From: a virus
Lineage: Duplodnaviria; Caudoviricetes
Direction: 5' to 3' (one strand)
IMG/VR virus record: IMGVR_UViG_3300020718_000278
Coordinates: 1-64,000 of that record
DNA length: 64,000 nucleotides
Shown one piece after another: positions 38,301 to 48,435 of the stretch (the stretch's first letter is position 1; every line of letters starts with the position of its first letter). The position numbers and the translations under genes were made by a program. The notes under the pieces are model-generated. The model was not told the origin of the DNA and did no database searches. It worked only from the letters and a program-made list of their open reading frames with translations.

Positions 38301-41300
38301 AATGCCCAAGGTTTTATTTTAAATTTAAATAATGTAAAACAATGGCAACCAAATAAAACCTACGCAAAAGGTGAAATGGTTTTATATAAAAATACCTATT
38401 GGCAGGCATTGGTTATTTCACAACCACAACAAGCATTTAATTATAGTAATTGGGTAAAAAGTGATTATCAAAAAATTGATACTGGGCTATTACCTAATTT
38501 AGCTAACAAAGCCAATCAATTAACAACTGCCTATGATGTATATCAGGCCAATTTAACTAGTGATAATGATTTATTTGCTTTTGCTTTAATTGGATTCCGT
38601 CCTCGTCAATACATGACAGATATGAATTTGAACGGAGTGACTCAAGTTCAAATATATCAACAATTTCTTGGCACAAAAGGAACTTTACAAGCGGCAGAAA
38701 TATTTAATAGTGCACAAATTAATAACAAAGAAAAAGGTGATTATCAAATATATGAAAATTGGGGAGTATTATCTGGTACATACGGGGCCCAAGCTAATAA
38801 AAGTTATTTTGAAATACAATTAAATCAATCTCTACTATCCTATAATCCTTCAACAATACAAATAATTAATCCAGGCCAATCAAGCCAAGCTAATCAAACT
38901 GTTTATTTAAATAATTTGTGGAAGGAAAGTTATAATATTACTTCCACTGATATATTACCTACAACTTATGAAAATAGTAGTTTAGCTGTGTCATTGCCTT
39001 CCGCCGGATATGTTTGTTTAGATGATGTTGATGTTACTGTTTTTAATATAGAAGATCCTTCTAGCATCGATGCTCAAATTAATACTATAGGCATCGGTAC
39101 TTACATATGGATAGCCAAAATAAACAGTTATGATTGGGGAGTGTATCGTGTAGCCGAAACACCAGGGCAGATGTTAACATTAACTGACAATCTCAATAAT
39201 ACGGCCATTGCTCAAATGACTCGTGCACATGGATTATCAATTGGTGATTTAATAATTATCAAATATTTTAATCAAGGAGTTAACGGAGTTTATAGAATAT
39301 TGGCGATTCCTACTCCTACAAGTTTTACAATTTCTTTTAATTTTACAGTTTTAGGTATAAAATCGTTAACAGGTACTGGTTTGGTATTCCATCTACAAAG
39401 CGCTCGCGTAAGTCAGGCCAGTGACATTTCAACTTTGCCATTCGTCAATAACTTATTAGAAGGCAGCATAGCTTGGGTAGATAATGATGGAAATGGACAT
39501 TGGAAAACTCTACAAAAACAAAGCCCATTTGTTATAAATCAAAGTATTATACCTGGAATAACCGCAGACGGGCAATACGGAGTTAGTATAGCACAGGTTG
39601 GAAAAAGTTTTGGGGCTATTGTGGGGGCGTCCGGGACAAATTCTGGTGCAGGCTCAGTTCTTACATATATCAGAGGAACATATACAGATTATCTATACAG
39701 CGGAACCTTAACCCTTTTGACCCAAGGAACTGTTGGGTTTGGAAATATTGTAGAATTTGGCAACCAGAATTGGGCAGTTGCTGGGGCCAGCGCATCATAT
39801 TCAAATATGGGATATGCCGCCGTAATTTATAGAAATTCAACTGATAGCTCGTATACTATTAATCAGTTGTTACTGCCACCAGATCAAAATTTTGGAGCTA
39901 TTGGATTTGGTACGTCCGCTGTAATTAGCTCAGACGAAAGATGGATGTATGTCGGAGCTCCAAAAAATAATTTAGTGTATGCTTATGAAAAAATTGATGT
40001 TGAAACTCAATCCGTAACTTATACTGGAGATAGTTCAACAACATTATTCAATTATTCTAATTACATACAAATTAATTATTTGTATCCTGAACAATTAGTT
40101 GTCACATTTGAAAATGTTGAAATATCTCCCGCTGCTTACACGCTTACTCAACAATATGTTAATTTTAATCAAGCACCGGCAGCCGGACAAATTATAACAA
40201 TTACTAGACGTTTAAAAATACAATTAGACCAATCGTATTATTACGCAATTCAGTCAAATTCTCAAACTGGGGCAGGAGTCGGGGCAGTTTTTACTGTTGA
40301 AAATACACGTGGTTCATACTTTGTTACTTTAAATTCAGGAGGATTAAATTATCAAATTGGTGATGTATTAACAATATACGGCACACAAATTGGTGGAACC
40401 AATCCAGCTAATAATTTAACCATAACTGTAGTAAATGTAATTACTGACGGTCTAATAACTGCATTTACATCTTCCGGCAGTGGACTTTATAATGTTAATT
40501 CTTTTTCTTTAAACACTTATTTGTACAATGCTACTACTATTAATAATTTTACAGTTAGTGTAAATGGTACATTACAACGGCCATATCTTGATTATACTTT
40601 CAATACTGGCACTACAATTTTAGCATTTTTATTAGGATCATATCCCCCTAAAGGTGCTAAAATTATAGTATCTACTCCAACTTATTGGCAATATGTAACA
40701 ACAATCACTAATCCAGCATCGTTGAGTGGTGATAATTTTGGCGCAAGCGTATCAACAACTGGCGACGGAAGACAAATAGTCATAACAGCTCCTAACTCTA
40801 CTACAAATATGATAGTGGATTCTGGATCTGCCTATGTATTTGATCGAAGCGTAGCTCAATTTGTGGTTTCTGATCCGGCACAATTAACATACACAATTTC
40901 TGGAGCAATAAATCCTCCAATTGCAGTGAGTGTGAACAACATTTTTTTATCAACTACTGAACAATCAATTAGTGGACAATATACTTTAAATGGAAATAGT
41001 GTTATATTTTCTAATATAACATTTAATTACGGTGATATAATTGAAATTGAAACAAATCAAATAAATCAAATACAAGCATTGGCTAGTCATACACCTAGTT
41101 ATGAAGCGCAATATGGTACTGTTGCCGAAATCGGACCTTTAGACAATAATCTTTTTGTTGGAGCGCCGTTTGATAGTACATATCTAGCACAATCTGGTTC
41201 AGTTGACTATTTAACTAACCAGTCTCGAGTATATGGAATAACCACTAGCACTATTGCAAATCCAATTTTAACTTCTGGCGGAACTATTAGAATTAATGGG

Positions 41301-44300
41301 GCTGTAGTTACTGTTCCGCCAGCACCCAATAATAATGTCGTTGGACTTGCCGCAACAATCAATGCCGCAGAAATTCCTAACGTATTTGCTACGGTAACTT
41401 CAGATTTAACTTTTACAGGTGATGGTAGCAACAAAATATTTTACATAGGGAATTTATATTCTGTTGCCAGTTCTTATAATACGGTAGTATATGTAAATAA
41501 TATATTACAAATTGCTGGTACTGACTATTCTTACGATCCGACGACAGAAAGCATATATTTTTTGTATGCGCCGCAAGCCGGATACTTTATAACGGTAGTT
41601 TCTGGTAGGTTAACTATTTCCATAAAAAATTCTAAAGTTGGCACAGTTAATAATTTGCTTGCAGTTTTACCTGGATTCGTTAATTCAGTATTTGCTCAAA
41701 TAGGATTTAATACTTTTGTATTTTCTCAACAAATTTTAAGTCCGGCACCAACGGTTTACGGACAATTTGGTGCTTCGTTAAGCGTTGATACAGGCGGAGT
41801 TAATTTAATTGTTGGATCTCCAAATGGCAATGTATATGAATCAACTACTTTTGACGCCGGGCAAACTTATTTTGATGAACGCAGCACAACATTCTTTAAC
41901 GGAATTAGTAACGGCGGTGTAGCATATACATATGATTATTTTCCAAGTAGTACAAATAGTGCTAATAATCCCGGCCAGTTTGCTTTTGGTCAACAAATTT
42001 ATAATAATTATACTTCAACAGGTTCTAGATTTGCAACAGCGGTTAATTATGATAACGATAGATTAATAGTTGGAGCTACTGGTGGAGTAATTACCAACAC
42101 AACTAATTTAGGATACATCACCGTTTACAATAATCCTACAAATTCGCCAGCATGGGTACCAATTCGGGTACAGCAACCAGTAGTAGATGTTTATGCGCTT
42201 GACGGAGTATTTGTTTATAACGGAGCACAAGCTATAGGCGTTAATAATACGCTAAATGGTGGAATCCAAACTTACTTTGATTTCTTTGACCCTTTACAAG
42301 GGAAAATTTTAGGAGTTGCTCGCAGTAATCTTGATTATATCGGAGCAGTAGATCCAGCACAATATAATGTTGGATCCGTACATAACAATGGAAATGCTTG
42401 GGGCAGTGAACACATAGGCGAAATGTGGTGGGATATTGACACAGTAAGATTTATTGATCCCAATCAAGATGATATAGTATATGCTAGCCGTCGTTGGGGG
42501 ACAACTTTCCCTGGTAGTACCGTTGACGTCTATCAATGGGTAGAAAGTTCTAATCCTCCGGGAAGCTATACCGGTCAAGGTACTCCGTTGGGGCCAATCA
42601 GCTATACGGTAAATTCAGTTTTAGGTACTAATAATATTTTTCAAACTTTATATTATTTCTGGGTCAAAGGAATAACAACTATTGCCAGCGGAGCAGGTAA
42701 AACTTTAAGTGCTAATGGCGTAGCAAGTTACATTTTTAATCCTAGAAGTAGTGGATTGCCCTACATAGCAGGTCTTAATGCCAGCACAGTTGCCATTTAT
42801 AATGCACAAAGTTTATTAAATGCCAATAACACAATATTAAGTATAGGTTTTGATCGCCAAATAAATGATGATGTTGTCCACCAAGAGTATCAAATCATTA
42901 CTGACGGAATAAGTGACTCTTTTCTTAATACTCAACTTTATCGCAAATTTTTAGATAGTTTAACAGGTCAAGATACAGCAGGAAATGCTGTTCCTGATCC
43001 AACATTGAGTCCTGGAATGAAGTATGGAGTAGAATTTAGACCACGGCAAAGTATGTTTGCCAAAAGATTTACAGCATTGGAAAATTACTTAGTACGAGCC
43101 AATGCGGTGTTGGCACAATTTCCTATTTCTGAAATAAGAAGTTTTAATTTACTTAATGCTGTGCAACCTACGCCAGCTGCTGGTTCAGGAGCCTGGAATT
43201 TTTCTGTCCCAAATCTTACAATTTTAAGTTATCAAAATCTTGCTTTAGTGCCCGTGGGTTACAAATATTTGGTATTGGCAGATAGTAGTCAACAAGGGCG
43301 TTGGACAATTTACCAAGTGCAAAGCAATAAAACTTTAATGTTAATACAGGTTCAAAGTTATAATACTCCGCTATACTGGTACTATGTCAATTGGTATTTG
43401 CCTGGATATAATCCTACCATTCCTGCGGTAGCCGCAGTACAAAACTTTGGGCAATTATCGTCATTGACTTATACAACTGCCCCTGTGGGGTCTAGTGTTA
43501 GAGTAATAGCCAACGGCGCAGGAAAATGGGAAATTTATCTACGTACAGGTCTTGATCCGGCTATTGATTGGCAACGTGTAGGATTAGAAGATGGTACTAT
43601 AGCATTTAAAGAAGAGTTATGGAACTATAAAGTTGGAAATTTTGGTTTTGACGCACAAGTTTTTGATTCACAATATTTTGATGAGACCCCGCAAGTTGAA
43701 ACAAGATATATCATTAGAGCATTAAATGAAGAAATTTATATTGAAGATTTACTTTATGAACGTAACAGCAGTTTAATATTGATGTTTAATTATGTTTATA
43801 GTGAATTTACTAATCCTTCGTGGCTAGTCAAAACTAGTTATGTAAATATCAATCATGCTATTCGTTCTTTGGCTCCATATCAAACTTATCTGCCTGACAA
43901 TCAACAATTTGTCATGGATTATTTCCAAGAAGTTAAGCCATATCATGTTCAGGTTCGTAAATTTAATTTAATTTATAATGGTAAAGATGAGTTTGACGCA
44001 GATTTAACAGATTTTGATTTGCCAGCGTACTGGAAGTCAACACTTGAAATACCACAATTTGTAAGTCCAATATTAACTCCGTATGACACAGCAGTCACTG
44101 CACACTATTCAACTGCAAGTGATACTCCGTCAAACGCACAAATTTGGTTATATCCTAGTTTATATAGTGAATGGTTTGACAATTATTTACTAAGTGTCCA
44201 ATCAGTGGCAGTGGCTAATCGTGGGGCTGGGTATACAGTTAATCCTGTGGTAACAGTAACAGGCACCTGCACAATACCAGCAACAATGACTGCTAAAATT

Positions 44301-47300
44301 AATGGGTCAGGAGAAGTTGTTGCTGTTACTGTTATTAATCCTGGAGCAGGATACAGTACAGATGCTACTATAACTATATCCGGTGGCGGTTTACCAGGAG
44401 TTTCTATTCCTTGGTCTGCTGGGTTAATGGTTAATTCTAATTCGTATATTATTACTAGAGCAAATGACATTTATAGAACTAATAATACTGGAGTATTGGG
44501 TAATGTTACTCCTATAGGTACTGGAACTGTGGTCAATGGTACTGTGGACTTAACATATGTTGGAACAAATGCCACTGCAGTTGCTTATATGGGTAATGGT
44601 TTGGTACGCTCAATTAAAACTACAATTAAGTATGACAGATATCAATATCAAACAGATATTATTGATTGGATGCCAACACAACTTATTATTATTCTTTTAG
44701 CAAATATAACAACATCTGGCGGTATTGCGACAGCAACGTTTGCTGCCGAACAAATGTCTGTACCGTTTCCCGATGAAAATATCATAACTGTAACAGGAGT
44801 ATCACTTACTGGATTTAATAATGAGTACACGGTAGTAACTTGTTCTACAACCAATTTAACTTTCCTTTCTAATTTTAATGGCGTAGGATATAATGGACAA
44901 ATAACTGGTACTGTATTAGTCACATATACAAATGGTACACAAGTACGTTATAGAAACCAAGTATGGCAAGCTAACGGAGTTTCTGGTTCGGTGACAAATT
45001 CTATATTTGATCCTGCCGAATGGGTGCTAGTTGACCCTGCTACATTAAGTGGTGTTGACCGTACTATGGGTTATTATGTTGCTACTCCTAATATTCCAGG
45101 TTTATCATTGCCATTATTGATTGACGGCATTGATTATCCAGGGGTTCAGGTCGCCGGTGTAACATTTAATCAAGATACCGGATACGACCGCGGCAATTAT
45201 GACATTAATACTTTTGATAATTATGGGTTAGATGCCAACGGGCAACCAACTTATGATTATGGAATTTTAAATACAATTTTTGAAAGCCAATATCTTGATC
45301 CTTATTTAGGTGTGCGCCCAACAGATATTAATATCAATGGCGGAGCTTATGTTGATACTTACGAAAGTCATGCCCCAGAAGAATTAGTACCGGGTATAGA
45401 ATTTGATACTTTAGATTTACGTGTTTATACAACACCAGGTGCTGACTGGTCTGGCGTAGGACACGGATTCCCACAACGCTTATTCCAAACAATATATAAT
45501 AGTTCTCAACCTATAACAAGTTTTGCCGGTCAAATGCCATATCCAATTACTATTGGCATTGTAAATGTTACACGTGGATATGATTTATTGGTAGGTATTG
45601 ATTATACCGTTAATTGGCCCAATCAAACTTTTACAATTTTAAATTCTTCGGCATTGGTGGTTAATGGAGATCAAATAGCCATTTATGTTTATGAGCTCGG
45701 TGGTGGGAATCAATTATACAAAAACACATATAACGGTGGTAGTGTTGGTAATACTATCACGGTGCCCGTTGAATACGATCAAATTCAAGAATTTGTAATT
45801 TTTATTAATGGTGCCTATTTAAATAATAGTAATTACAATTTTGTTGTAGGTACAGCATACGGAACAACGGTTCTTACATTTGACACTACTTATACATCCT
45901 CAGATTTTATAAGTTTAGTGGTAATTGCCCCAACAACAATCAATAATATTACAACAAACTATTCTTGGAGTGTTCCAGTAGTTCAAAATATTGTGGGAGT
46001 TACAGGCGTTTTAACATATAATTTAGATAATAGTTTACTTTATACAAATTCAGTTAATCCTATTGTAACAGTACAAGGAATTCGTGCTAGAACAGCGGCG
46101 GGAATAGATTTTGTAGCAAGCGGATCACAATACAACTTCCCTCTTCCTGGAAGATTAGGAATACCATTAAGTTCAGTAACAAATACGGATGTACAAGTTT
46201 ATATAAATGATGAATTACAAAATCCATCAACATGGTATTTAGATCTTGGTGTGTACACTGAAGGATATGCTGCTACATTATTTGATGTTGGTCTGACTAC
46301 CAATCATCCAGGATCTTATGATTATTCAACTTTGGTTGATGCACTACAAGTTGTATTTTATGTGGCTCCGACCGAAGGCAAAAGAATCTATATTGCCGTT
46401 ACCGCCGGCACACAAGCTACAATTGATCCTATAGCCAGGACATTGACTTTTAATCCATCTGGTGGGCTAGTTCCAATTACAGGAGAAACAATTTCAGTAA
46501 CTACATTTAATGATACTAGAGAACAAAGATTACTTACACAAGTTTTTGTTGGTCCAGTTTTGGTAGGTGTTGAAATAAATGATTTGGATTTAACAAGATT
46601 CACTACCAATATTGACAGATTAAAAGTATTTTTAAATGGGAAACAGTTAACTCCTTATATTGGATTTACAGTAGAAGGTACACAGCTTATTTTAGGTTCT
46701 GGCACACTACAACCTACAGATGTTGTTATGGTAACACAAGTTACAAATTCTGTAGTTCCGGAAGCTATGGCATTTAGAATATTCCAAGACATGCGCGGAA
46801 TACAAGCAACATATAGAATTACTGCTAATTCAACTACTGTTTTAATACAAGCAGTAGAAATTACCGATGATATAATCTATGTTGATAATGCCAGTGCGTT
46901 AAGTGAACCTGATTTTGCAGCTAACATATGGGGAGTTATAACTATTAATGGTGAACGCATAATGTATCGTGATAGAGATATAATTAACAACACAGTTAGT
47001 AGTTTGTTACGTGGAACGGCGGGCACAGGAGCTGCTACTCATGAAGTTGGAGCTAGCGTCTATGACATGGGTCGAGGTAATTTATTATCAACTCAATTCC
47101 AGGATTATATTGTGTCGAATACAATTTTAGCCGACGGGGCAACAACAATTTTTACTGCAGATAATATTTCATTGGTATTTGATAATGCTGTAATTTGGAA
47201 TTATGCCGACACATACAATCAAGGGACGGTAGTAGTTAATTCTAATTTTTATTATAGAGCAATACGTACGATACCATCAAATATTGCTATTACGGATACT

Positions 47301-47555
47301 GAATATTGGTTACCATTGAGTGATGCTGTGGAAGTTGTAGTGGCTGGAGCATTGCAAACTACAGGATATACAATTACTGCTGAAAATCCAGTACAAGTTA
47401 CATTTAATTTCCCACCCGCAAATGGAGTTGATATTATTATTCTTGTAAGGCGTGGGGTGACTTGGTATCAGCAGGGAGCTTTGACGGCTTCAAATGGTGT
47501 TCCGTTACAAGAAACACAAACCGTTCCTGCGCTATTTTTAAGGGGTGTAAACTAG
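32352..47555 (+). CDS. giant 5067-aa baseplate wedge/fibre-type structural protein
   Basis: Uninterrupted ORF after gp6 (TAATG overlap). Repeated beta-sandwich units, FG-GAP-like propeller repeats and CBM5/12-like motifs (WQPNKTYAKGEMVLYKNTYWQA). Confidence 0.8.
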   Translation: MAAIVRSVDFLPEIFQTPVNTQFLNATLDQLIQEPQYKQTQGYIGQKVGPGVNPTDYYVVEPTPSRTNYQLEPGVVVIDPTTTKVSDAITYPGMLDAIRTQGGIIDQADRLFESEYYSWDPFVDFDKFNNYAQYYWLPNGPDVVTVSATDIPTQQTFTVTRANGAYTFSGYAGKNPTLTLVRNGNYNFNIAQTNTDAVDYRVTNNGTRYWTIDFENNPTLTLIRGNTYTWNLVQNLPLAFYIKTELSFGTTNIWSEGVTNNGAKEGLITFTVPQDAPNTLYYCNDIEFNLRGQLNIVDATPGTGPDFWIQREPGINGRLSWSPNLSSRDVLGVTNNGIDLGTVSFAVPDKSAQNFYYSMPFINYPAINTGRVNLVIPSTLLFNQLNGITVQSFLETYPTGIDGITNLNGYTCIFSTQTSDPAPGGWYIETPFSSATTNGQTGSFDNIPFSQQIPITDPAVQFGLWQIQYVPDANGVEFIQLNSILKIDNLTQFSITAGTEYVNTQWYKNSSGTFQEMPLLTAALPNLYYQDSEDPKIFGIINLIDENLNATINIETDILGQLNYTSPNGVVFTNGLKIIFEGNVIPSAYQGNTYYVQGVGSGIVLVPELSLIVPEQYATEINVINVYDASGNGTEVTLTFLAQPTLPFTPGQLVIVSKIVSSIGNYNGIYTVTSATTSADKLFQSITYASTAAGSYISGGTIDSYGNQPIAPDYITINMASQDLNPWTRSNRWFHTEVITAAAAYNNTAPAYSTERATRPILEFRANTKLFDFAIQGIPAVNVIDFTQTDALLNVNGQTGYGTDGYTLVQGSLIIFAADLNPTVKNQIYEVTFVDVDPTISLTPVIVLVPTSYSPALPNQGTVCISGNTQKGQSFYFTGVSWIASQQKTSIQQPPLFDIFDSNGYSFGDTTQYPSTNFTGCKLLSYAENPDNPIDKVLGIPLSFFSINNIGDTLFNNNFYTDTFIYTPAGVGITIDVSSGFVYQYNNLVSFTPEIGWQTAAIPSLQRQQFQFKYSGNPLQLDVLAATDLNVPAVQIFINNVYQLPSTYVLSVNNVTGFTTITLTGTTYKLDDIIEVLVYSSDVSSIGFYQIPINLENNPFNGNSKQFTLGGIRQHYATICENLLALQGNINGPNNTRDLGNIVPYGTQIVQQSSPLTLGGFFLRSASYDIFSSIEYNSREYIKYKNKLLTAVTQLDIQPSESISSILDAAIQKFTSILTNSNSFYWSDMLPVGTNYTPTTTIVNPITTNIFNTLQTYDFTTSNYQGLLVYVNGVLLLRGSQYTVSTIAPKLTILIKLNVGDVVVINEYIPVLTTTSAGTTSTNPGPSWCPNTPSKMGLYPVYQPQIYLDDTYSSPTLVIQGHDGSTTIAFGDIRDQVLLEFEKRIYNNIKVDDNPIPLTTDEVDPNFYPAQTTALLPGFFRTTPYTYAEVNQIMNEDFLTWVGQNKLDFTSQDYIASNPFTYNYSQAANRINQEPFLQGNWRGIYRYFYDTETPNSTPWEMVGFSQEPSWWMQRYGPAPYTSGNTVLWDDLEAGIVGDPSGPYILPEYVRPGLSKIIPAGSEGELLSPLDCVVGLNDPYGFQKSWTAGDGGPVQASWWNSSSYPFAIMRLLALTKPAQFFSLFADRDLYRYNTTLGQYLYNNRYRLNASEIQIYGNGVSKASYINWIVDYNNQLGIDSTTTLTEALGNIDVRLCYRMAAFSDPVYVALTTDRAGPNSTNNSLLIPPTSYDLLFYKNQPFNSVTYSSVIVQVEELSSGGIGYSVYGYSNVQPYFEALASIPAGSYQVISAGGTSVQVPIQRTNNVVQIPYGYTFTSTASVCDFLLGYGAWLVSQGLIFDNIENGYTLDWNQMCQEFLYFSSQGWTPGTIVNLNPCATKITASQPISIVDTIASVTPENMLLDQNRSVLNVSTMIVIREGNQFSVTSTSKQTINYLTLKYTNYEDMIVLNNTSQYQDLIYDPLTGSRQVRLSLIASTTTNWDGQLNAQGFILNLNNVKQWQPNKTYAKGEMVLYKNTYWQALVISQPQQAFNYSNWVKSDYQKIDTGLLPNLANKANQLTTAYDVYQANLTSDNDLFAFALIGFRPRQYMTDMNLNGVTQVQIYQQFLGTKGTLQAAEIFNSAQINNKEKGDYQIYENWGVLSGTYGAQANKSYFEIQLNQSLLSYNPSTIQIINPGQSSQANQTVYLNNLWKESYNITSTDILPTTYENSSLAVSLPSAGYVCLDDVDVTVFNIEDPSSIDAQINTIGIGTYIWIAKINSYDWGVYRVAETPGQMLTLTDNLNNTAIAQMTRAHGLSIGDLIIIKYFNQGVNGVYRILAIPTPTSFTISFNFTVLGIKSLTGTGLVFHLQSARVSQASDISTLPFVNNLLEGSIAWVDNDGNGHWKTLQKQSPFVINQSIIPGITADGQYGVSIAQVGKSFGAIVGASGTNSGAGSVLTYIRGTYTDYLYSGTLTLLTQGTVGFGNIVEFGNQNWAVAGASASYSNMGYAAVIYRNSTDSSYTINQLLLPPDQNFGAIGFGTSAVISSDERWMYVGAPKNNLVYAYEKIDVETQSVTYTGDSSTTLFNYSNYIQINYLYPEQLVVTFENVEISPAAYTLTQQYVNFNQAPAAGQIITITRRLKIQLDQSYYYAIQSNSQTGAGVGAVFTVENTRGSYFVTLNSGGLNYQIGDVLTIYGTQIGGTNPANNLTITVVNVITDGLITAFTSSGSGLYNVNSFSLNTYLYNATTINNFTVSVNGTLQRPYLDYTFNTGTTILAFLLGSYPPKGAKIIVSTPTYWQYVTTITNPASLSGDNFGASVSTTGDGRQIVITAPNSTTNMIVDSGSAYVFDRSVAQFVVSDPAQLTYTISGAINPPIAVSVNNIFLSTTEQSISGQYTLNGNSVIFSNITFNYGDIIEIETNQINQIQALASHTPSYEAQYGTVAEIGPLDNNLFVGAPFDSTYLAQSGSVDYLTNQSRVYGITTSTIANPILTSGGTIRINGAVVTVPPAPNNNVVGLAATINAAEIPNVFATVTSDLTFTGDGSNKIFYIGNLYSVASSYNTVVYVNNILQIAGTDYSYDPTTESIYFLYAPQAGYFITVVSGRLTISIKNSKVGTVNNLLAVLPGFVNSVFAQIGFNTFVFSQQILSPAPTVYGQFGASLSVDTGGVNLIVGSPNGNVYESTTFDAGQTYFDERSTTFFNGISNGGVAYTYDYFPSSTNSANNPGQFAFGQQIYNNYTSTGSRFATAVNYDNDRLIVGATGGVITNTTNLGYITVYNNPTNSPAWVPIRVQQPVVDVYALDGVFVYNGAQAIGVNNTLNGGIQTYFDFFDPLQGKILGVARSNLDYIGAVDPAQYNVGSVHNNGNAWGSEHIGEMWWDIDTVRFIDPNQDDIVYASRRWGTTFPGSTVDVYQWVESSNPPGSYTGQGTPLGPISYTVNSVLGTNNIFQTLYYFWVKGITTIASGAGKTLSANGVASYIFNPRSSGLPYIAGLNASTVAIYNAQSLLNANNTILSIGFDRQINDDVVHQEYQIITDGISDSFLNTQLYRKFLDSLTGQDTAGNAVPDPTLSPGMKYGVEFRPRQSMFAKRFTALENYLVRANAVLAQFPISEIRSFNLLNAVQPTPAAGSGAWNFSVPNLTILSYQNLALVPVGYKYLVLADSSQQGRWTIYQVQSNKTLMLIQVQSYNTPLYWYYVNWYLPGYNPTIPAVAAVQNFGQLSSLTYTTAPVGSSVRVIANGAGKWEIYLRTGLDPAIDWQRVGLEDGTIAFKEELWNYKVGNFGFDAQVFDSQYFDETPQVETRYIIRALNEEIYIEDLLYERNSSLILMFNYVYSEFTNPSWLVKTSYVNINHAIRSLAPYQTYLPDNQQFVMDYFQEVKPYHVQVRKFNLIYNGKDEFDADLTDFDLPAYWKSTLEIPQFVSPILTPYDTAVTAHYSTASDTPSNAQIWLYPSLYSEWFDNYLLSVQSVAVANRGAGYTVNPVVTVTGTCTIPATMTAKINGSGEVVAVTVINPGAGYSTDATITISGGGLPGVSIPWSAGLMVNSNSYIITRANDIYRTNNTGVLGNVTPIGTGTVVNGTVDLTYVGTNATAVAYMGNGLVRSIKTTIKYDRYQYQTDIIDWMPTQLIIILLANITTSGGIATATFAAEQMSVPFPDENIITVTGVSLTGFNNEYTVVTCSTTNLTFLSNFNGVGYNGQITGTVLVTYTNGTQVRYRNQVWQANGVSGSVTNSIFDPAEWVLVDPATLSGVDRTMGYYVATPNIPGLSLPLLIDGIDYPGVQVAGVTFNQDTGYDRGNYDINTFDNYGLDANGQPTYDYGILNTIFESQYLDPYLGVRPTDININGGAYVDTYESHAPEELVPGIEFDTLDLRVYTTPGADWSGVGHGFPQRLFQTIYNSSQPITSFAGQMPYPITIGIVNVTRGYDLLVGIDYTVNWPNQTFTILNSSALVVNGDQIAIYVYELGGGNQLYKNTYNGGSVGNTITVPVEYDQIQEFVIFINGAYLNNSNYNFVVGTAYGTTVLTFDTTYTSSDFISLVVIAPTTINNITTNYSWSVPVVQNIVGVTGVLTYNLDNSLLYTNSVNPIVTVQGIRARTAAGIDFVASGSQYNFPLPGRLGIPLSSVTNTDVQVYINDELQNPSTWYLDLGVYTEGYAATLFDVGLTTNHPGSYDYSTLVDALQVVFYVAPTEGKRIYIAVTAGTQATIDPIARTLTFNPSGGLVPITGETISVTTFNDTREQRLLTQVFVGPVLVGVEINDLDLTRFTTNIDRLKVFLNGKQLTPYIGFTVEGTQLILGSGTLQPTDVVMVTQVTNSVVPEAMAFRIFQDMRGIQATYRITANSTTVLIQAVEITDDIIYVDNASALSEPDFAANIWGVITINGERIMYRDRDIINNTVSSLLRGTAGTGAATHEVGASVYDMGRGNLLSTQFQDYIVSNTILADGATTIFTADNISLVFDNAVIWNYADTYNQGTVVVNSNFYYRAIRTIPSNIAITDTEYWLPLSDAVEVVVAGALQTTGYTITAENPVQVTFNFPPANGVDIIILVRRGVTWYQQGALTASNGVPLQETQTVPALFLRGVN

Positions 47556-47606
47556 GATAAATTTATAAGGTTTACCTGAAGTCAATAATACAATAAATAA
47601 AGAATA

Positions 47607-47744
47607 ATGGAAAATAATATACCTACACAACAACAGCCTAAACCTGAAAAACGTCCTAACGATACTGGTGCTATAAATGTAGACGGTTTAGTAAGGATAT
47701 TTGATCCCAAAACAAAAAAGGTATTTGTGGAGCAAAAAGCCTAA
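47607..47744 (+). CDS. 45-aa small protein
   Basis: Manual translation MENNIPTQQQPKPEKRPNDTGAINVDGLVRIFDPKTKKVFVEQKA; TAAATA 7 nt upstream. Confidence 0.6.
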   Translation: MENNIPTQQQPKPEKRPNDTGAINVDGLVRIFDPKTKKVFVEQKA

Positions 47745-47745
47745 T

Positions 47746-48435
47746 ATGCCAAACATTTATATAACTGAAAACTTGTATAATAAAGCATTGGGAATTACCC
47801 CTTGGCGTTATATCGGGAGCGATCAAAATGATAATCCTGTTTATTTTGGATCAAGTAAAGATCTTAAGGCGGACATTTTGCGTTTAGGATCAGAACAATT
47901 TACAAAAATTATTGTCAAAAGTTACGATAACATAGCAAATAAAGAATTGCGTAAGATTGAAGAAGTTTTACTAAAGTCAAATAATGTTAAAAAAGATCCA
48001 AGTTATTACAATAAAACTGATATTTACGGTGCCGGCGGCGGAGTTATAGGTATGAAGCACACAAAAAAACGGGCAGAATCCTATTGGGTAAACTGGAGTG
48101 CTGCTAGAATGGGCCACGATGTTAGTGATATAACTAAAGATAAACAGAGTAAGGCCAAAGCAGGAAAGACTTACAAAGAAATTTACGGCGACAATGCCGA
48201 AACAATGCGGGAAACCAGAAGCAAGCAGCAGAGCGGAGCAAATAATCACAACGCCTTAGAGTGGGAAATAACCCCCCCAATCGGAATTACTATTAAAATT
48301 AAAGGTTTACAGTCTTATTGTAGAGATAATAATATATCATTTGGCGATGTATACAATAGCAAAAATGGATGGAAATCAGTTAAATACGGCGCTGGCAAAG
48401 GCGGCGGCAGAAAGAAAAAGGAACAAAATGCTTGA
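47746..48435 (+). CDS. Seg-like GIY-YIG homing endonuclease
   Basis: NIYITEN...RYIGSD...YFGS...EEVLL...YYN plus NUMOD3-like tail. Likely start is 47746 rather than the track's 47701. Confidence 0.8.
   Translation: MPNIYITENLYNKALGITPWRYIGSDQNDNPVYFGSSKDLKADILRLGSEQFTKIIVKSYDNIANKELRKIEEVLLKSNNVKKDPSYYNKTDIYGAGGGVIGMKHTKKRAESYWVNWSAARMGHDVSDITKDKQSKAKAGKTYKEIYGDNAETMRETRSKQQSGANNHNALEWEITPPIGITIKIKGLQSYCRDNNISFGDVYNSKNGWKSVKYGAGKGGGRKKKEQNA

Noticed and set aside
47701-48341. Track start positions 47701, 48341 (also 52577, 53467, 53874, 21785)
   Set aside because: They extend into upstream genes; downstream starts with coupling or an SD fit better.
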